From contig JBFWNU010000002.1 of NCBI GenBank assembly GCA_050250895.1, positions 567,659 through 631,658 of the forward strand: a DNA stretch of 64,000 nucleotides. The letters run 5' to 3'. Position 1 is the first letter of the stretch. Every line of letters begins with the position of its first letter. Source of the DNA: Vulcanimicrobiota bacterium (GTDB lineage: Bacteria > Vulcanimicrobiota > Xenobia > Xenobiales > JADMJV01). Shown here in pieces: positions 19,101 through 27,780 of the stretch. Made by a program: the position numbers and the translations under genes. The notes below the pieces were generated by a model. It made no database searches. It was not told the DNA's origin and saw only the letters and a program-made list of their open reading frames with translations.

Positions 19101-21137
19101 AGCGCCGGCGGCCAGCGCGGCCGCCACCAGGGGAGTGGCCGTGCCGGCGGTGCCTACCACCACGGCTACCGAGGCGGCTGTGGCGGCCACCGTGCCAATG
19201 GCTTCGCCAGCGCTATCCTCGGCCTTGCGATAGGTTTCGACATCGGCATCCGAGTAGCCGAGCAGCTGGTTGAGTCGCTGCTTTTCGAGCTGGGCGTCTT
19301 CGCTGCGGCCCTCGCGCAGGGCCTGCTGATAACGCTCGTACTGCTCGTTGGCCCGGTCGGTGTTGGCATCGAGCAGCTTACCCTTGTCGGTGAAGGTGTC
19401 CATGATGGCCCGACTGGCCAGGTTGGAAAGCCCCTTGCGCTCATAGTCACGCCGCTCGTTGGCCTGCTCGAGCGCTTCTTCCACCGACTCGGCCTTGCCC
19501 TTGAGGGCCATGGTTGCGTCGAACTCGTCGCGGCCCGACAGTTCGCCTTTGAGGTCTTTGTCTAAATCGCGACCGGTCTCGGCCTGGTAATCTTGGCGCA
19601 GAGCTGCGATCTCGTCTTTAGTCTTGCCTTCAAGGACCTTCTTGATGGCCTCCTCATCGGTGCCCCAGCCGTCCATGGCGTATTTGAGCTTGGCCGCGTC
19701 GCTGACGTCGCCCTCACTCAGCAAACGGTTGGCCTTCTCGAGGTCGTTGCCGCCCATTTCGTCTTTGAAAGCGTCCTTGAGGTCAACCTTGTATTTGTCC
19801 TTATAGGCCGCCAGGATGGCGTCGCGCTCTTCTTTTGACTTGCCTTCGAGGGTCTGGAAGATCTCCTTTTCGTTGGTTCCCCAGCCGTCCATGGCATCGT
19901 GCAGCCGGGCGGCGTCCGCCTCGGCGGTCTTGCCGTCGAGCAGGCCTTCGGCCCGGGCGCGCTCGTCCTGGTTGAGTCGCTCTCCCATGCGCGAGCGCAG
20001 GGAATGACCCGTCAACTTCTGGTACTCGTCCTCGATGGCCGCCCGTTCTTCCTTGCTCTTGCCTTCGAGGGTCTTGTAGACGGCCTCTTCGTCGTCGCCG
20101 AAGATTCCCGACATGGCGTCCTGCAGTTTGGCCGCATCGGCTTTGGCGTCGTCGCCTTCGAGCAAGGAGAGAGCTTGACTCTGCTCGTTCTTGTTGAACC
20201 GTTCCTTGATGCGTTTGTCGAGGTCTTTACCGGTGAGCTTCTTATACTCTTCTTTGATTTCGGCACGTTGCTCGGCGGTCTTGCCTTTGAGGGTCTCGTA
20301 GACGGCCTCTTCGTCGTCGGTCAACCCGCTCATGGCGTCGCGGATCTTCATGGCGTCGGCCTTGGTGTCGTCGCCCTTCATGAGCGACTCGGCCCGTTGA
20401 AAGTCCTTGGTGCCGAGCTCTTCCTTGAGGTCTTTCATCAGGTCGCGGCCGTAGTGGTCGCGATAGTTCTCTTTGAGGGCCTTCATCTCTTCGGGCGACT
20501 TGCCCTTGAGGGCCTTGAAAACGGCGTCTTCGTCGGTACCCCAGCCGGTCAGGCCGCCTTTCATCGCCTCGTAGAGGTCGGTGGCGTCCCTGGTCGGGTT
20601 GTAGTTGGCCGTCTGCGTCTTGGGGTGGTCCTTGGGGGAAACGGTCTGCGGCCGCGGGGCCGGCGGTCCCTGGCGCTGTTCCTGGGGTTGGCGTTGCTCT
20701 TGCGGTTGGGGACGGGTGGGGCGTTCTTGAACCTGAGGACGTTGCCACTGCTGGGGCGGCACCCAGGGGCCAAAGAACTCTTCGTCGGGACTCTGCGGAT
20801 AAAATCCGCCGGGCATGCCGGGTTGGCCCTGCGGTTGCTGGCCTCGGGGCGGCTGGAAGAAGTAAGGAAGATCGTTGAAGGGTTGATAGAACCCGGTCTG
20901 GCCGTGGCAGGGGCATTGCCATCCCCCCTGGGCCATGCCGCTCTGCATGAAGTTCATCAGCATCTGCGAGAGCATCATGGCGTTGAAGTCGAAACCGAAA
21001 CAGGGCCCCATGGGAGGCGCGAACATGGGCGGACCCAGCAGCATCGAGGCTCCCTGATTGATTCCGCCATTCCAAGAACAGCCGCCCGCCGGACCGGCGT
21101 AGAAATTGAAATTAAGGCCGCCAGTGACCTGTTGCAT
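16119..21137 (-). CDS. Large annexin-repeat protein with hydrophobic segment, 72-aa repeats and calpain/papain-like Cys protease domain
   Basis: Five repeats of type DA..L..AM.G(W)GTDE.....L.GK...E....Y....G.DL...L..E; QGNRGTC, LHAV and IRNPWG motifs; AGGAGG RBS. Confidence 0.85.
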   Translation of the reverse strand: MQQVTGGLNFNFYAGPAGGCSWNGGINQGASMLLGPPMFAPPMGPCFGFDFNAMMLSQMLMNFMQSGMAQGGWQCPCHGQTGFYQPFNDLPYFFQPPRGQQPQGQPGMPGGFYPQSPDEEFFGPWVPPQQWQRPQVQERPTRPQPQEQRQPQEQRQGPPAPRPQTVSPKDHPKTQTANYNPTRDATDLYEAMKGGLTGWGTDEDAVFKALKGKSPEEMKALKENYRDHYGRDLMKDLKEELGTKDFQRAESLMKGDDTKADAMKIRDAMSGLTDDEEAVYETLKGKTAEQRAEIKEEYKKLTGKDLDKRIKERFNKNEQSQALSLLEGDDAKADAAKLQDAMSGIFGDDEEAVYKTLEGKSKEERAAIEDEYQKLTGHSLRSRMGERLNQDERARAEGLLDGKTAEADAARLHDAMDGWGTNEKEIFQTLEGKSKEERDAILAAYKDKYKVDLKDAFKDEMGGNDLEKANRLLSEGDVSDAAKLKYAMDGWGTDEEAIKKVLEGKTKDEIAALRQDYQAETGRDLDKDLKGELSGRDEFDATMALKGKAESVEEALEQANERRDYERKGLSNLASRAIMDTFTDKGKLLDANTDRANEQYERYQQALREGRSEDAQLEKQRLNQLLGYSDADVETYRKAEDSAGEAIGTVAATAASVAVVVGTAGTATPLVAAALAAGAGAGTRVVASAAVKGGSYGVGDMGTDAAIGAVDGLATVAGMGAGKAAVAGLRASESALAGSRVAMLATEGAVDGMIGGAMSAGGAEALRDGTWDNGFGAGLQRVGMATGMGASLGAVAGGGMAAAIGGAPALVRNTRQGWDKMAAGGRRAMEMGGDLASRAGEKARVVWGQIRELDAGSRQALRRALNSGDGTGLTGHAKALWQKSRELDHAALDKLKGLWQKSRDLDHAAFDKVKGLMGGGGEGRMGQLGETAKNWYARARELDGAALDKLKGAFRTGDGSGLTGQAKALWQKSRELDGAALDKLKGLMGGGGEGGRLGQMGDTVKGWFDKATALDRRALDQLKGAFKSGDGSGLTGQARALWQKSREMDGAALDKLKGMLGGGGEGGRLGQMGDTVRGWVDKAKALDGQALDKLKGAFRTGDGSNLTGQAKALWQKSREMDAAALDKLKGMLGGGGEGGRLGQMGDTVNGWLGKARELDGQALDKLKGAFKTGDGSGLTGQARALWQKSRELDQAALGKLKGMLDGGGAPPPVLKDVPVPPPLPPVRTVADQVAGFADQPMLGRFRNIDKFREMAPDQQLKVLELANKHKPEAGFFDGIFGTAKPNRVEGNLARLAREGKLNQLDHRGQTLLDNLVELDNAPLIASLNRGQYFDEVLETVTTPGTIRQGNRGTCSGSSCQYVHAKSDPADYVRVMTGLGEESGEVTLKTGRRFYRNESGVAADNSTRRSADRIYQSTAMDHVSRRYDNNVTGSKGGVGGHLKDDGSLDYGGLSDKHARQILEDVGGRKIVDHGYSNGAKHRSDFEQLVRQAEERGEPIHATLDWFKGDPDGGLHAVNIERVDDDFVYIRNPWGADDVGQTTKNAPVRQVLDKEGRSRIAKDVFYDRLYSYRHEARPTDLMLARIENIENNMAHIGEIKDVGLDRFQRAYPEVRFPKGQEMEAMDAFRAKMLDIRKTLWSGNPSAGEMQAMVKELDEFMKPYGVPDFGTKFIA
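17520..18620 (-). repeat. Intragenic 216-bp (72-aa) tandem repeat, about 4.5 copies
   Basis: The LWQK-encoding motif recurs at 17574, 17790, 18006 and 18222 (period 216), then at 18435 and 18489. Confidence 0.9.
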
Positions 21138-21232
21138 GCACCCCTCCTACTTCACTCCTCCCCCTATCACGCGCTACCCCGCGCCGGTCAAGACAGTTTA
21201 GCAAAATCTTTTCAAAAATGTAAACAGATAGC

Positions 21233-21892
21233 TCAAGTCTGGCGCCGGCGCCTGAGCACGCCCCCCAGAATGCGGGCGAAGTCCTGCCGAGCGTCGCCTT
21301 CGGTGATACCCTGGTTGGTTCGGTGGATCCGGCGTCGCACCAGCACCTGGTCCACCATCGTCACCGTAGCTCCCGCCTCTTGAGCCCGGGCATACCAATC
21401 GATAAATTCGCCCACCTTCCAACCGGTGGCGAAGGGTCCCACCCGCTCGAATAGCCTGCGCCGCGCCAGCAGAGTAGAAGGCAGTTTGCCGGGCATCGGC
21501 TCGGTGCGCACTAAATAGGGATGGTTCGGATCGAGTTCTGGGCTCAAGAATTCCTCTACCAGGGTGAAGACCAGTTCGACCTCGGGCCCCAGACTGGACA
21601 GCTGCAGCTCGAGTTTGTCCGGCAGCCAGAGGTCGTCGGCGTCGAGAAAGGCTACCAGAGGATGGTGACTCAGTTCGAGGCCCCGATTCCTGGCCGCGGC
21701 CGCTCCCGATTGGGACTGGCAGTGATAGTGCACGGGGAATTGGGCCGCCACCTGGGCGGTGCCATCGGTCGAACCGTCGTCGATGACCCAGATGTCGTCA
21801 GGCCGATGGCTCTGCGCCAGCAGGCTGCTCAGGGCTTCGGCCAGATATCGCTCTCCGTTGTGCACGGGTAGGATGACGTCGATCTTACTCAA
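21233..21892 (-). CDS. GT2-family glycosyltransferase
   Basis: VILPVHNG, IDDGSTD, AARNRG, FLDADD. Confidence 0.92.
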   Translation of the reverse strand: MSKIDVILPVHNGERYLAEALSSLLAQSHRPDDIWVIDDGSTDGTAQVAAQFPVHYHCQSQSGAAAARNRGLELSHHPLVAFLDADDLWLPDKLELQLSSLGPEVELVFTLVEEFLSPELDPNHPYLVRTEPMPGKLPSTLLARRRLFERVGPFATGWKVGEFIDWYARAQEAGATVTMVDQVLVRRRIHRTNQGITEGDARQDFARILGGVLRRRRQT

Positions 21893-22871
21893 GGAGTTCT
21901 CTCAGCTTCTCGGCGCCGCCCGCTCGCGTGGCAAGCTCCAGGCGGTAGCAAGGCAACCGGCGCGAGAGTCGAGCCAGAGCGGCAAAGGTCGCCTGGCTGT
22001 CTCCAGGCAGTTGGAAGACCGTGCTCGGGGCCAGAGCCAGCAGAGCTTGGGCGGGCGTTACCGGGGTGAGAACGTCCTTTTGGCCCAATTGCGGCATCAC
22101 GATGGCTCGCAGACCGAGTCCGTCCGCCAATCGGTGGCCCTGGGAGCGGGCCAGGAAGGTCACGGCTTTGGGCTCCTGGTCGGAATTCATCGGCTCAAAC
22201 CACGGAAAGTGAGGCAAATCGTGACGATGCAGCTTGGCGGAGCAATACAGACCGTGCACCAGTAGTTGCTCGATGTCGACCAGGCAATAATCCTCGCCCA
22301 CGAACTCGAGGCCCGCCTCGAGGCTGGCCAGGGCCAGATTGGATTTGCCCGAGCCGCCTCGACCGGGCAGCAAGACGGCCACCCCGGCCCGGCCCACCGC
22401 CGCCGCATGCAGCATGCACTTCGAGCGGCTGCCTAGCAGCCGACTAAAGATCACTCGAAAGGGCGCGGCCAGCTCGTAATAAGGAAGGCGTTCGGCGGCC
22501 GGAGCCCAGTAAAAACCGTGACCGGTTTCCAGGTCTATCATCCGCAGCAATTGTTCTTCCCCCTCGAACACGGTCAAGAACCGGGCATCCGACATGTCCT
22601 CGATCCGGGCGCGCGGCCCAAAGGACTGGGGCCTCCAAGGCGGCGAGGGCAGAGGCGCCTGGGCGCCGTGCCAGGCGAAGATAGTGAAGTCAGCCTGTGC
22701 GCCCCCGCTAGCATGGTGGGCCAGGGCCGGCAGGAGCTTTGCGGTGAGGGGCTCGGCCAGAGCCAGTTCGACGGTCAGGTTGGCGATGACCAGGCGATGA
22801 CGGGTCAGGGCCAGCTCGGCCAGCACCTCACGACAATCTTCGGCGAACCGTTCGGCCAGACTGACTACCAA
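21885..22871 (-). CDS. HPr kinase-like P-loop kinase
   Basis: LHAAAVG..VLLPGRGGSGKS..FVGEDY; start codon uncertain. Confidence 0.8.
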   Translation of the reverse strand: MVVSLAERFAEDCREVLAELALTRHRLVIANLTVELALAEPLTAKLLPALAHHASGGAQADFTIFAWHGAQAPLPSPPWRPQSFGPRARIEDMSDARFLTVFEGEEQLLRMIDLETGHGFYWAPAAERLPYYELAAPFRVIFSRLLGSRSKCMLHAAAVGRAGVAVLLPGRGGSGKSNLALASLEAGLEFVGEDYCLVDIEQLLVHGLYCSAKLHRHDLPHFPWFEPMNSDQEPKAVTFLARSQGHRLADGLGLRAIVMPQLGQKDVLTPVTPAQALLALAPSTVFQLPGDSQATFAALARLSRRLPCYRLELATRAGGAEKLRELLE

Positions 22872-23767
22872 CGGCTGACCACCCGTCGCCAGAGATACCC
22901 GGGCAAGCCCACCAGGATATCAGCCCAACGACTCGGACAGCCGCGCAGGTACTCGCGCACGAACCCCAGCCTGAATCGCACGGCCCATTCCCCCAGTTGC
23001 TCGAAGAGATCCGGGTCGAGGGAGAGCGGCGGGTTACAGGACCAGGGGGCCAGCCTCTGCAGACCGGTCCGCACCTGGCTGGCCACCCGGCGCCGCCGCG
23101 CTTCGCAGGCCAGCAGCTCCCAGTCAATCGGGTGGCGGCGGTTCAGTTGCACCGCATCCACTCCCCACCAGGGCTCTTCCTGGCGCACCAGACTGAGCAG
23201 CAGGGCATCGCTGGGGCATGGCCGCCACAGCGGCCGGCCCAGCCAATGAAAGCTCTCGGCTCGCTCGAGCAAGCCCCGGTCGGCCTCGCTCCACCGGCAT
23301 TCAGTGAGTGCGTGCCAGCGCAGCACGAGCGGCGTTTGGCCCCGTTGATAAAGACAGCTCGAGCCTTCCTCGGGGCGGGCCACCGGCGGGCCGCCGCTCC
23401 AACCTCGTTGCTCGAGCAAGCGAGCGCAATGCCAGCGTTGCTCGGGTGTTATCAACACCGAGAGATAGAGACAGGGCCGCCAGGACTCGTCGGAATAGGC
23501 CTGGGTCATCAGGGCCGCGTCTCCGGTCGCCAGCCAGCGCACCGCGGCGAACAGCTCGGCGACCTCTTCGAGGTCTTGCTTGACCAGTTGGGTTCGGGTG
23601 AAATAGTAGCGGCGCAAGCCCGTTAGGCGCGGATGCTCGTGTTGTTCGCGAATGGCCAGCATGGGCAAAAGGGAATGCAGGCGTGGGTCGAGTTCGTCGA
23701 GCCAATCGAGAGGACCGGGTTGCGCCGGCCCGAGCAGTCTATGCCAGAGGGTTTCGAGCTCACTCAC
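22865..23767 (-). CDS. NTP_transf_5-like nucleotidyltransferase, degenerate
   Basis: Paralogue of 26327-27349 (ECRWSEADR vs ECVWPEADR), but KGAAL becomes TGDAAL and DIDL becomes YLSV. Confidence 0.7.
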   Translation of the reverse strand: MSELETLWHRLLGPAQPGPLDWLDELDPRLHSLLPMLAIREQHEHPRLTGLRRYYFTRTQLVKQDLEEVAELFAAVRWLATGDAALMTQAYSDESWRPCLYLSVLITPEQRWHCARLLEQRGWSGGPPVARPEEGSSCLYQRGQTPLVLRWHALTECRWSEADRGLLERAESFHWLGRPLWRPCPSDALLLSLVRQEEPWWGVDAVQLNRRHPIDWELLACEARRRRVASQVRTGLQRLAPWSCNPPLSLDPDLFEQLGEWAVRFRLGFVREYLRGCPSRWADILVGLPGYLWRRVVSRW

Positions 23768-24494
23768 CGACGTGACGCTCTTCCAAGAACCGTCGCACCT
23801 CGGCGTCCTGGGCGACCAGGCTCAACCTGGGTAAGGATTCGGCTTTGCCCCGACGGCGGCGACGGTCGAGCGAGTGCTTCAAGGCGCGAGCCAGATGCTG
23901 CCCGCTGAGATAAGAGTCGGCCGTCATGTTGTCGGGATGACGTCGATAGTGCAGGGCGATCCGGCTAGAGATCTCGAAGCGCCGCCCTTGCTCGCGGATT
24001 CGCATGAACCAGTCGACATCTTCGGACATGGGCAGCTCCTCGTCGATGAGCCCCACTGCCTCGAAGAGGCTTCGCCGGCACACAGCCGCCCCGAATTGAA
24101 AACCGACCACCGGCTCGCTAAACTGCTTGAGCCCTTCCCATCGAATGCGGCCCAGCACCAACTCGAGGGTAGGGTCGGCCAGCAGCCGGCCCACCTGCCA
24201 GTCGAGCTTGCCAGGGGGCCACAGGTCGTCATCGTCGATAAAAGCGACCAACTCGCCCGACGAGGCTTTAATGCCACGATTGCGGGCGGCCGAGGGCCCC
24301 TGATTGGCCTGGCTCAAGTAGACCACCTGGGGACAAGCCTCGGCCACCTGCCGGGTGTCATCGGTCGAACCGTCGTCGACCACCACGATCTCCAGGGGAT
24401 GATAGTTTTGAGCCAGCACGGATTCCAGCGCCTGGGCAAGAGTCGCCTCGCCGTTAAAGACAGGCACAATCACGCTTAAGCTCGGTCCGGTCAC
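23760..24494 (-). CDS. GT2-family glycosyltransferase
   Basis: SVIVPVFNG, VDDGSTD, FIDDDD, SEDVDW. Confidence 0.92.
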   Translation of the reverse strand: MTGPSLSVIVPVFNGEATLAQALESVLAQNYHPLEIVVVDDGSTDDTRQVAEACPQVVYLSQANQGPSAARNRGIKASSGELVAFIDDDDLWPPGKLDWQVGRLLADPTLELVLGRIRWEGLKQFSEPVVGFQFGAAVCRRSLFEAVGLIDEELPMSEDVDWFMRIREQGRRFEISSRIALHYRRHPDNMTADSYLSGQHLARALKHSLDRRRRRGKAESLPRLSLVAQDAEVRRFLEERHVGE

Positions 24495-24548
24495 GGCGCG
24501 TTTATTCGTTGGGAGGCATCCCGGAACCCTGGTAGAAGGTCCCCTTTT

Positions 24549-26330
24549 TTGGGCGCAGAACCTTTGACCGTGCGGCGTTACCTGGCCACTCTGCTAGAGC
24601 CCGGTTCGGCTCGAGGGTTGTTCGGGCTGTTGGTGCTGACCGTCTTCACCTCGGTGCTCGAACTGGTCAGTCTGGGGGCCGTTTTGCCCTTTATGGGTCT
24701 GGTAGTCCAGCCCGACCTGCTGTCCAAGTTTCCGACCCTCGAGGACTTCCTGGCTCGCCACCAGTTGAGTCACCACGAGCTGTTGGTGGCGGTCGGTTCG
24801 GGCATGGTGGTAGCCGTCATCTTGACCAACATCATGGCGGTGGTGATGGCCAACCGGGCCCAGCGGTTCACCGCCGACCTGCATCTGAGGCTGGTCACTC
24901 GTTTGTTGCAGGGGTTCCTGAGCCAACCCTACAGCTGGTTTCTCAACCGCAATACAGCCGAATTGGCTCGCCACGTCGAGGCTGTCGAAGCGGTGACCCG
25001 GGGGGTCTTCGAACCGGCCCTGCGGCTGGCCACCCGGGTCGGCAGCATGGTGCTGGTGATGTTGATGCTGCTACTTTACGATCCGTTGCTGTTGCTTTTG
25101 ATGGGGTTGGTGCTGGGCGGTCTCTACGCCGGCGCCTATGTTTATTGCCGTCACCGGGTGCAGGCCCTGGGTCAGCAGACCTGGGCCGCCCAACGCGAAG
25201 TCAAGCTGGCCACTCACCGGGCCCTCGAAAGCGCGCGAGAAGCGCGGCTTGGGGGCTTCGAAGAGTTCTTCGTAGGGCGCGTGTTGGACCCGGTGGAGCG
25301 AGTTCAAACCATGGGTGTGGTGCGCTCGACCCTGGAAGCCGTGGCTACCTATCTGACTCGCACGATGGTGATTCTTGGTTTCTTGCTGACCACGCTCTAT
25401 CTGGTCGTCCGCTATCCCGCGCCCGAGCACGTCATTCCTTTGTTGGGGCTCTACGCCCTGGCCGGTTACCGTCTGATGCCGACCCTGCAGTTGGCCTTTC
25501 AGAGCTTCACGCTAATTCGTTCGAACCTGACGGTGACGCGGGTGCTGGCTGAGGACCTGGAACAATCGCCGCCCCAGGTCGGGGGTCCGCAGTTGGCCGG
25601 ACTGGCTTTGACCGAGGGGGTCGCCCTCGAAGAGGTGGTCTTTGGCTACGGAGAGGAACCTTGGCTGGATGTCTCGTTGCGCATCCAGGCCGGCACCCGG
25701 GTCGGTCTGGTGGGGCCTACCGGCGCCGGAAAATCCACCCTGGTGGCTCTGCTGTGCGGTCTGCTCACGCCCACCCGGGGTCGACTCCTCCACGACGGAG
25801 AGCCTCTCGAAGGGCAGCGGCTGCGGCGCTATCAAAAGAGCATCGGGTTGGTTCCTCAACATATCTATCTGCTCGACGACACCCTGGCTCGCAATATCGC
25901 CTTTGGGGTGGCCGACCACGAGATCGACGAGCAGCGGTTGTGGGAAGTGCTGGCTCTCACTCAACTCGAGGAATTCGTGCGCACCCTACCCGATGGGTTG
26001 CACACCTCCCTGGGTGAGCGAGGGGTGCGCTTTTCGGGGGGGCAGCGCCAACGCGTGGGGATCGCCCGGGCCCTGTACCCAAAACCGCAGATTCTGATTT
26101 TCGACGAGGCTACGAGCAGTCTCGACCACCGCACCGAAGGGCAGGTCACTTCGGCCATGGCGCGGGCCACCCGCGACTGCACGGCGGTGGTGGTGGCCCA
26201 TCGTCTGGCCACGGTCAAGGATTGCGACCTCATTCATGTCATCGAGAACGGTCGCCTGACCGCCTCGGGAACCTATGCCGAGTTGGCCGATCGCTCGCAA
26301 GCTTTTCGAGAGATGGCCGGGTTGGCATGA
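24549..26330 (+). CDS. ABC exporter, fused TMD-NBD (PglK/HepA-like)
   Basis: N-terminal TM helices; GPTGAGKST, FSGGQRQR, LIFDEATS, VAHR; no C39 peptidase domain. Confidence 0.92.
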   Translation: MGAEPLTVRRYLATLLEPGSARGLFGLLVLTVFTSVLELVSLGAVLPFMGLVVQPDLLSKFPTLEDFLARHQLSHHELLVAVGSGMVVAVILTNIMAVVMANRAQRFTADLHLRLVTRLLQGFLSQPYSWFLNRNTAELARHVEAVEAVTRGVFEPALRLATRVGSMVLVMLMLLLYDPLLLLLMGLVLGGLYAGAYVYCRHRVQALGQQTWAAQREVKLATHRALESAREARLGGFEEFFVGRVLDPVERVQTMGVVRSTLEAVATYLTRTMVILGFLLTTLYLVVRYPAPEHVIPLLGLYALAGYRLMPTLQLAFQSFTLIRSNLTVTRVLAEDLEQSPPQVGGPQLAGLALTEGVALEEVVFGYGEEPWLDVSLRIQAGTRVGLVGPTGAGKSTLVALLCGLLTPTRGRLLHDGEPLEGQRLRRYQKSIGLVPQHIYLLDDTLARNIAFGVADHEIDEQRLWEVLALTQLEEFVRTLPDGLHTSLGERGVRFSGGQRQRVGIARALYPKPQILIFDEATSSLDHRTEGQVTSAMARATRDCTAVVVAHRLATVKDCDLIHVIENGRLTASGTYAELADRSQAFREMAGLA

Positions 26331-27349
26331 GCGACCACCCCTTGCTTTTGCAGGCGGCCTTCGCCAGCGAGCCAGAACTGGCGCGGCAGAGCTGGGAGCA
26401 GTGGCTCGAACTGTTCGGCCATCAGGTGCTCGACAGCGATCAGACGCGATTGTTGCCGCTGCTCTATCGTCGCCTCGGCGCTCAGGTGCCGGGCGCTGGC
26501 GTGCTCAAACACTGCTACCGCCACGCCTGGTCGCGCTCGCGCCAATTGCGCCGCCAGACGGTGGAACTGGTGACCGAACTCAACCAGGTGGGGGTGGTGC
26601 CGATCTTGCTCAAAGGCGCTGCCCTGGCCAATTTCGTCTATCCCGACCCGGCTCTGCGGCCTATGAGCGACATCGATCTCTTGATCGCCCCGGCCGATTG
26701 GGAAGTTGCCTGGCAGCGCCTCGAGCAGCTGGGCTGGCGCTATTGGGGCTGGGCTAGCCATACTTACACTTTCAGTGATTCCGAGGGCCATGAACTGGAT
26801 GTGCACCGTTACTCGGTGCCAGAGTGTGTCTGGCCCGAAGCCGACCGCGAGTTTTGGCGACGCAGCCGCGAGGTCGATCTCGAGGGGGCGCGGGCTCGCA
26901 TTCTGGGCCCCGAGGACCAGCTGCTGCACCTGACCCTTCACGCCGTGCGTTCGCCGGGGCGCTGCCTGGTGGCTGACGCCCTCACCCTGCTCGGGAACCA
27001 TTGGCTCGACTGGGATGCCTTCTACGCTGAGGCACGGGCCCGCCGGGTGTTGGGCCAGGCGGTGGAAGGGGTCCAGCAGCTGGGGCACTGGCATGCCTGC
27101 CCCGCCGCGCCAAGGCTGAGCTGGCGCGAGCAACTCGAACACCGTCTGGCGGTGCGGGCCCGCAGCTGGGTTCCAGCCAACTACCTCTGGCAGTATCTGC
27201 TCTATTGCCGGGGCCACCGCCGGCGCGGCTCGCTACGGCTCTTCTTGCGCGAGCTCTGGGGGGTTCGCCCCGAGCAGACCCTGGTCGCGAGGTTGGTCGA
27301 GAAAATCATCGCGCGAGGAGGCCGGTCCTCGGGAGCGAAGCGAGGTTGA
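26327..27349 (+). CDS. NTP_transf_5-family nucleotidyltransferase
   Basis: LLKGAAL..Y..PALRPMSDIDLL, LDVH, PEDQLLH; ATGA overlap with the ABC gene. Confidence 0.88.
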   Translation: MSDHPLLLQAAFASEPELARQSWEQWLELFGHQVLDSDQTRLLPLLYRRLGAQVPGAGVLKHCYRHAWSRSRQLRRQTVELVTELNQVGVVPILLKGAALANFVYPDPALRPMSDIDLLIAPADWEVAWQRLEQLGWRYWGWASHTYTFSDSEGHELDVHRYSVPECVWPEADREFWRRSREVDLEGARARILGPEDQLLHLTLHAVRSPGRCLVADALTLLGNHWLDWDAFYAEARARRVLGQAVEGVQQLGHWHACPAAPRLSWREQLEHRLAVRARSWVPANYLWQYLLYCRGHRRRGSLRLFLRELWGVRPEQTLVARLVEKIIARGGRSSGAKRG

Positions 27350-27780
27350 TGACCGAGTTGAGTTATGAGTTGAGACGTCCGGATGTCGTGAGTGAAGAGA
27401 TCGAGGGCGAAGTCGTGGTGGTCCATCTGGTGAAAGGCCTGTATTACAGTCTTCAGGGCAGTGCCGCTGCCATCTGGGAGCAGCTGCTGCTCGGGGTGCC
27501 GGTGCGTGAAGTCAGCGAGCGTCTGGCGCCTCGCTATTCCGTCGAGCGGCCGCTCCTGGAACAGGCCGTGGTGGCGTTCGCCGAGCAGGTCCTCTCGGAA
27601 GGGCTGCTGGTCGCGCGCACCGCTCCCCCCAGCTTGCCTCCGGCCCGTCACCATGGGCGGGCCGAGGATTTCCAGGCCCCCGTGCTCGAGCGCTTTGACG
27701 ACATGCAAGAACTGCTGGTGCTCGACCCGATCCACGAGGTCGATGAGTCGGCCGGGTGGCCCCATCGCCGGGCTGTTTGA
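27349..27780 (+). CDS. PqqD/RRE-family protein with C-terminal leader-like tail
   Basis: VVSEEIEGEVVVVHL..GLYYSL...AAAIWE, then FQAPVLERFDDMQELLVLDPIHEVDESAGWP; TGATG coupling to the upstream gene. Confidence 0.85.
   Translation: MTELSYELRRPDVVSEEIEGEVVVVHLVKGLYYSLQGSAAAIWEQLLLGVPVREVSERLAPRYSVERPLLEQAVVAFAEQVLSEGLLVARTAPPSLPPARHHGRAEDFQAPVLERFDDMQELLVLDPIHEVDESAGWPHRRAV

Noticed and set aside
16284-21383. Long antisense ORFs (16284-17162, 17104-18246, 19899-21383; likewise 42182-43537)
   Set aside because: Shadow ORFs typical of high-GC coding DNA, opposite well-supported genes and lacking motifs.
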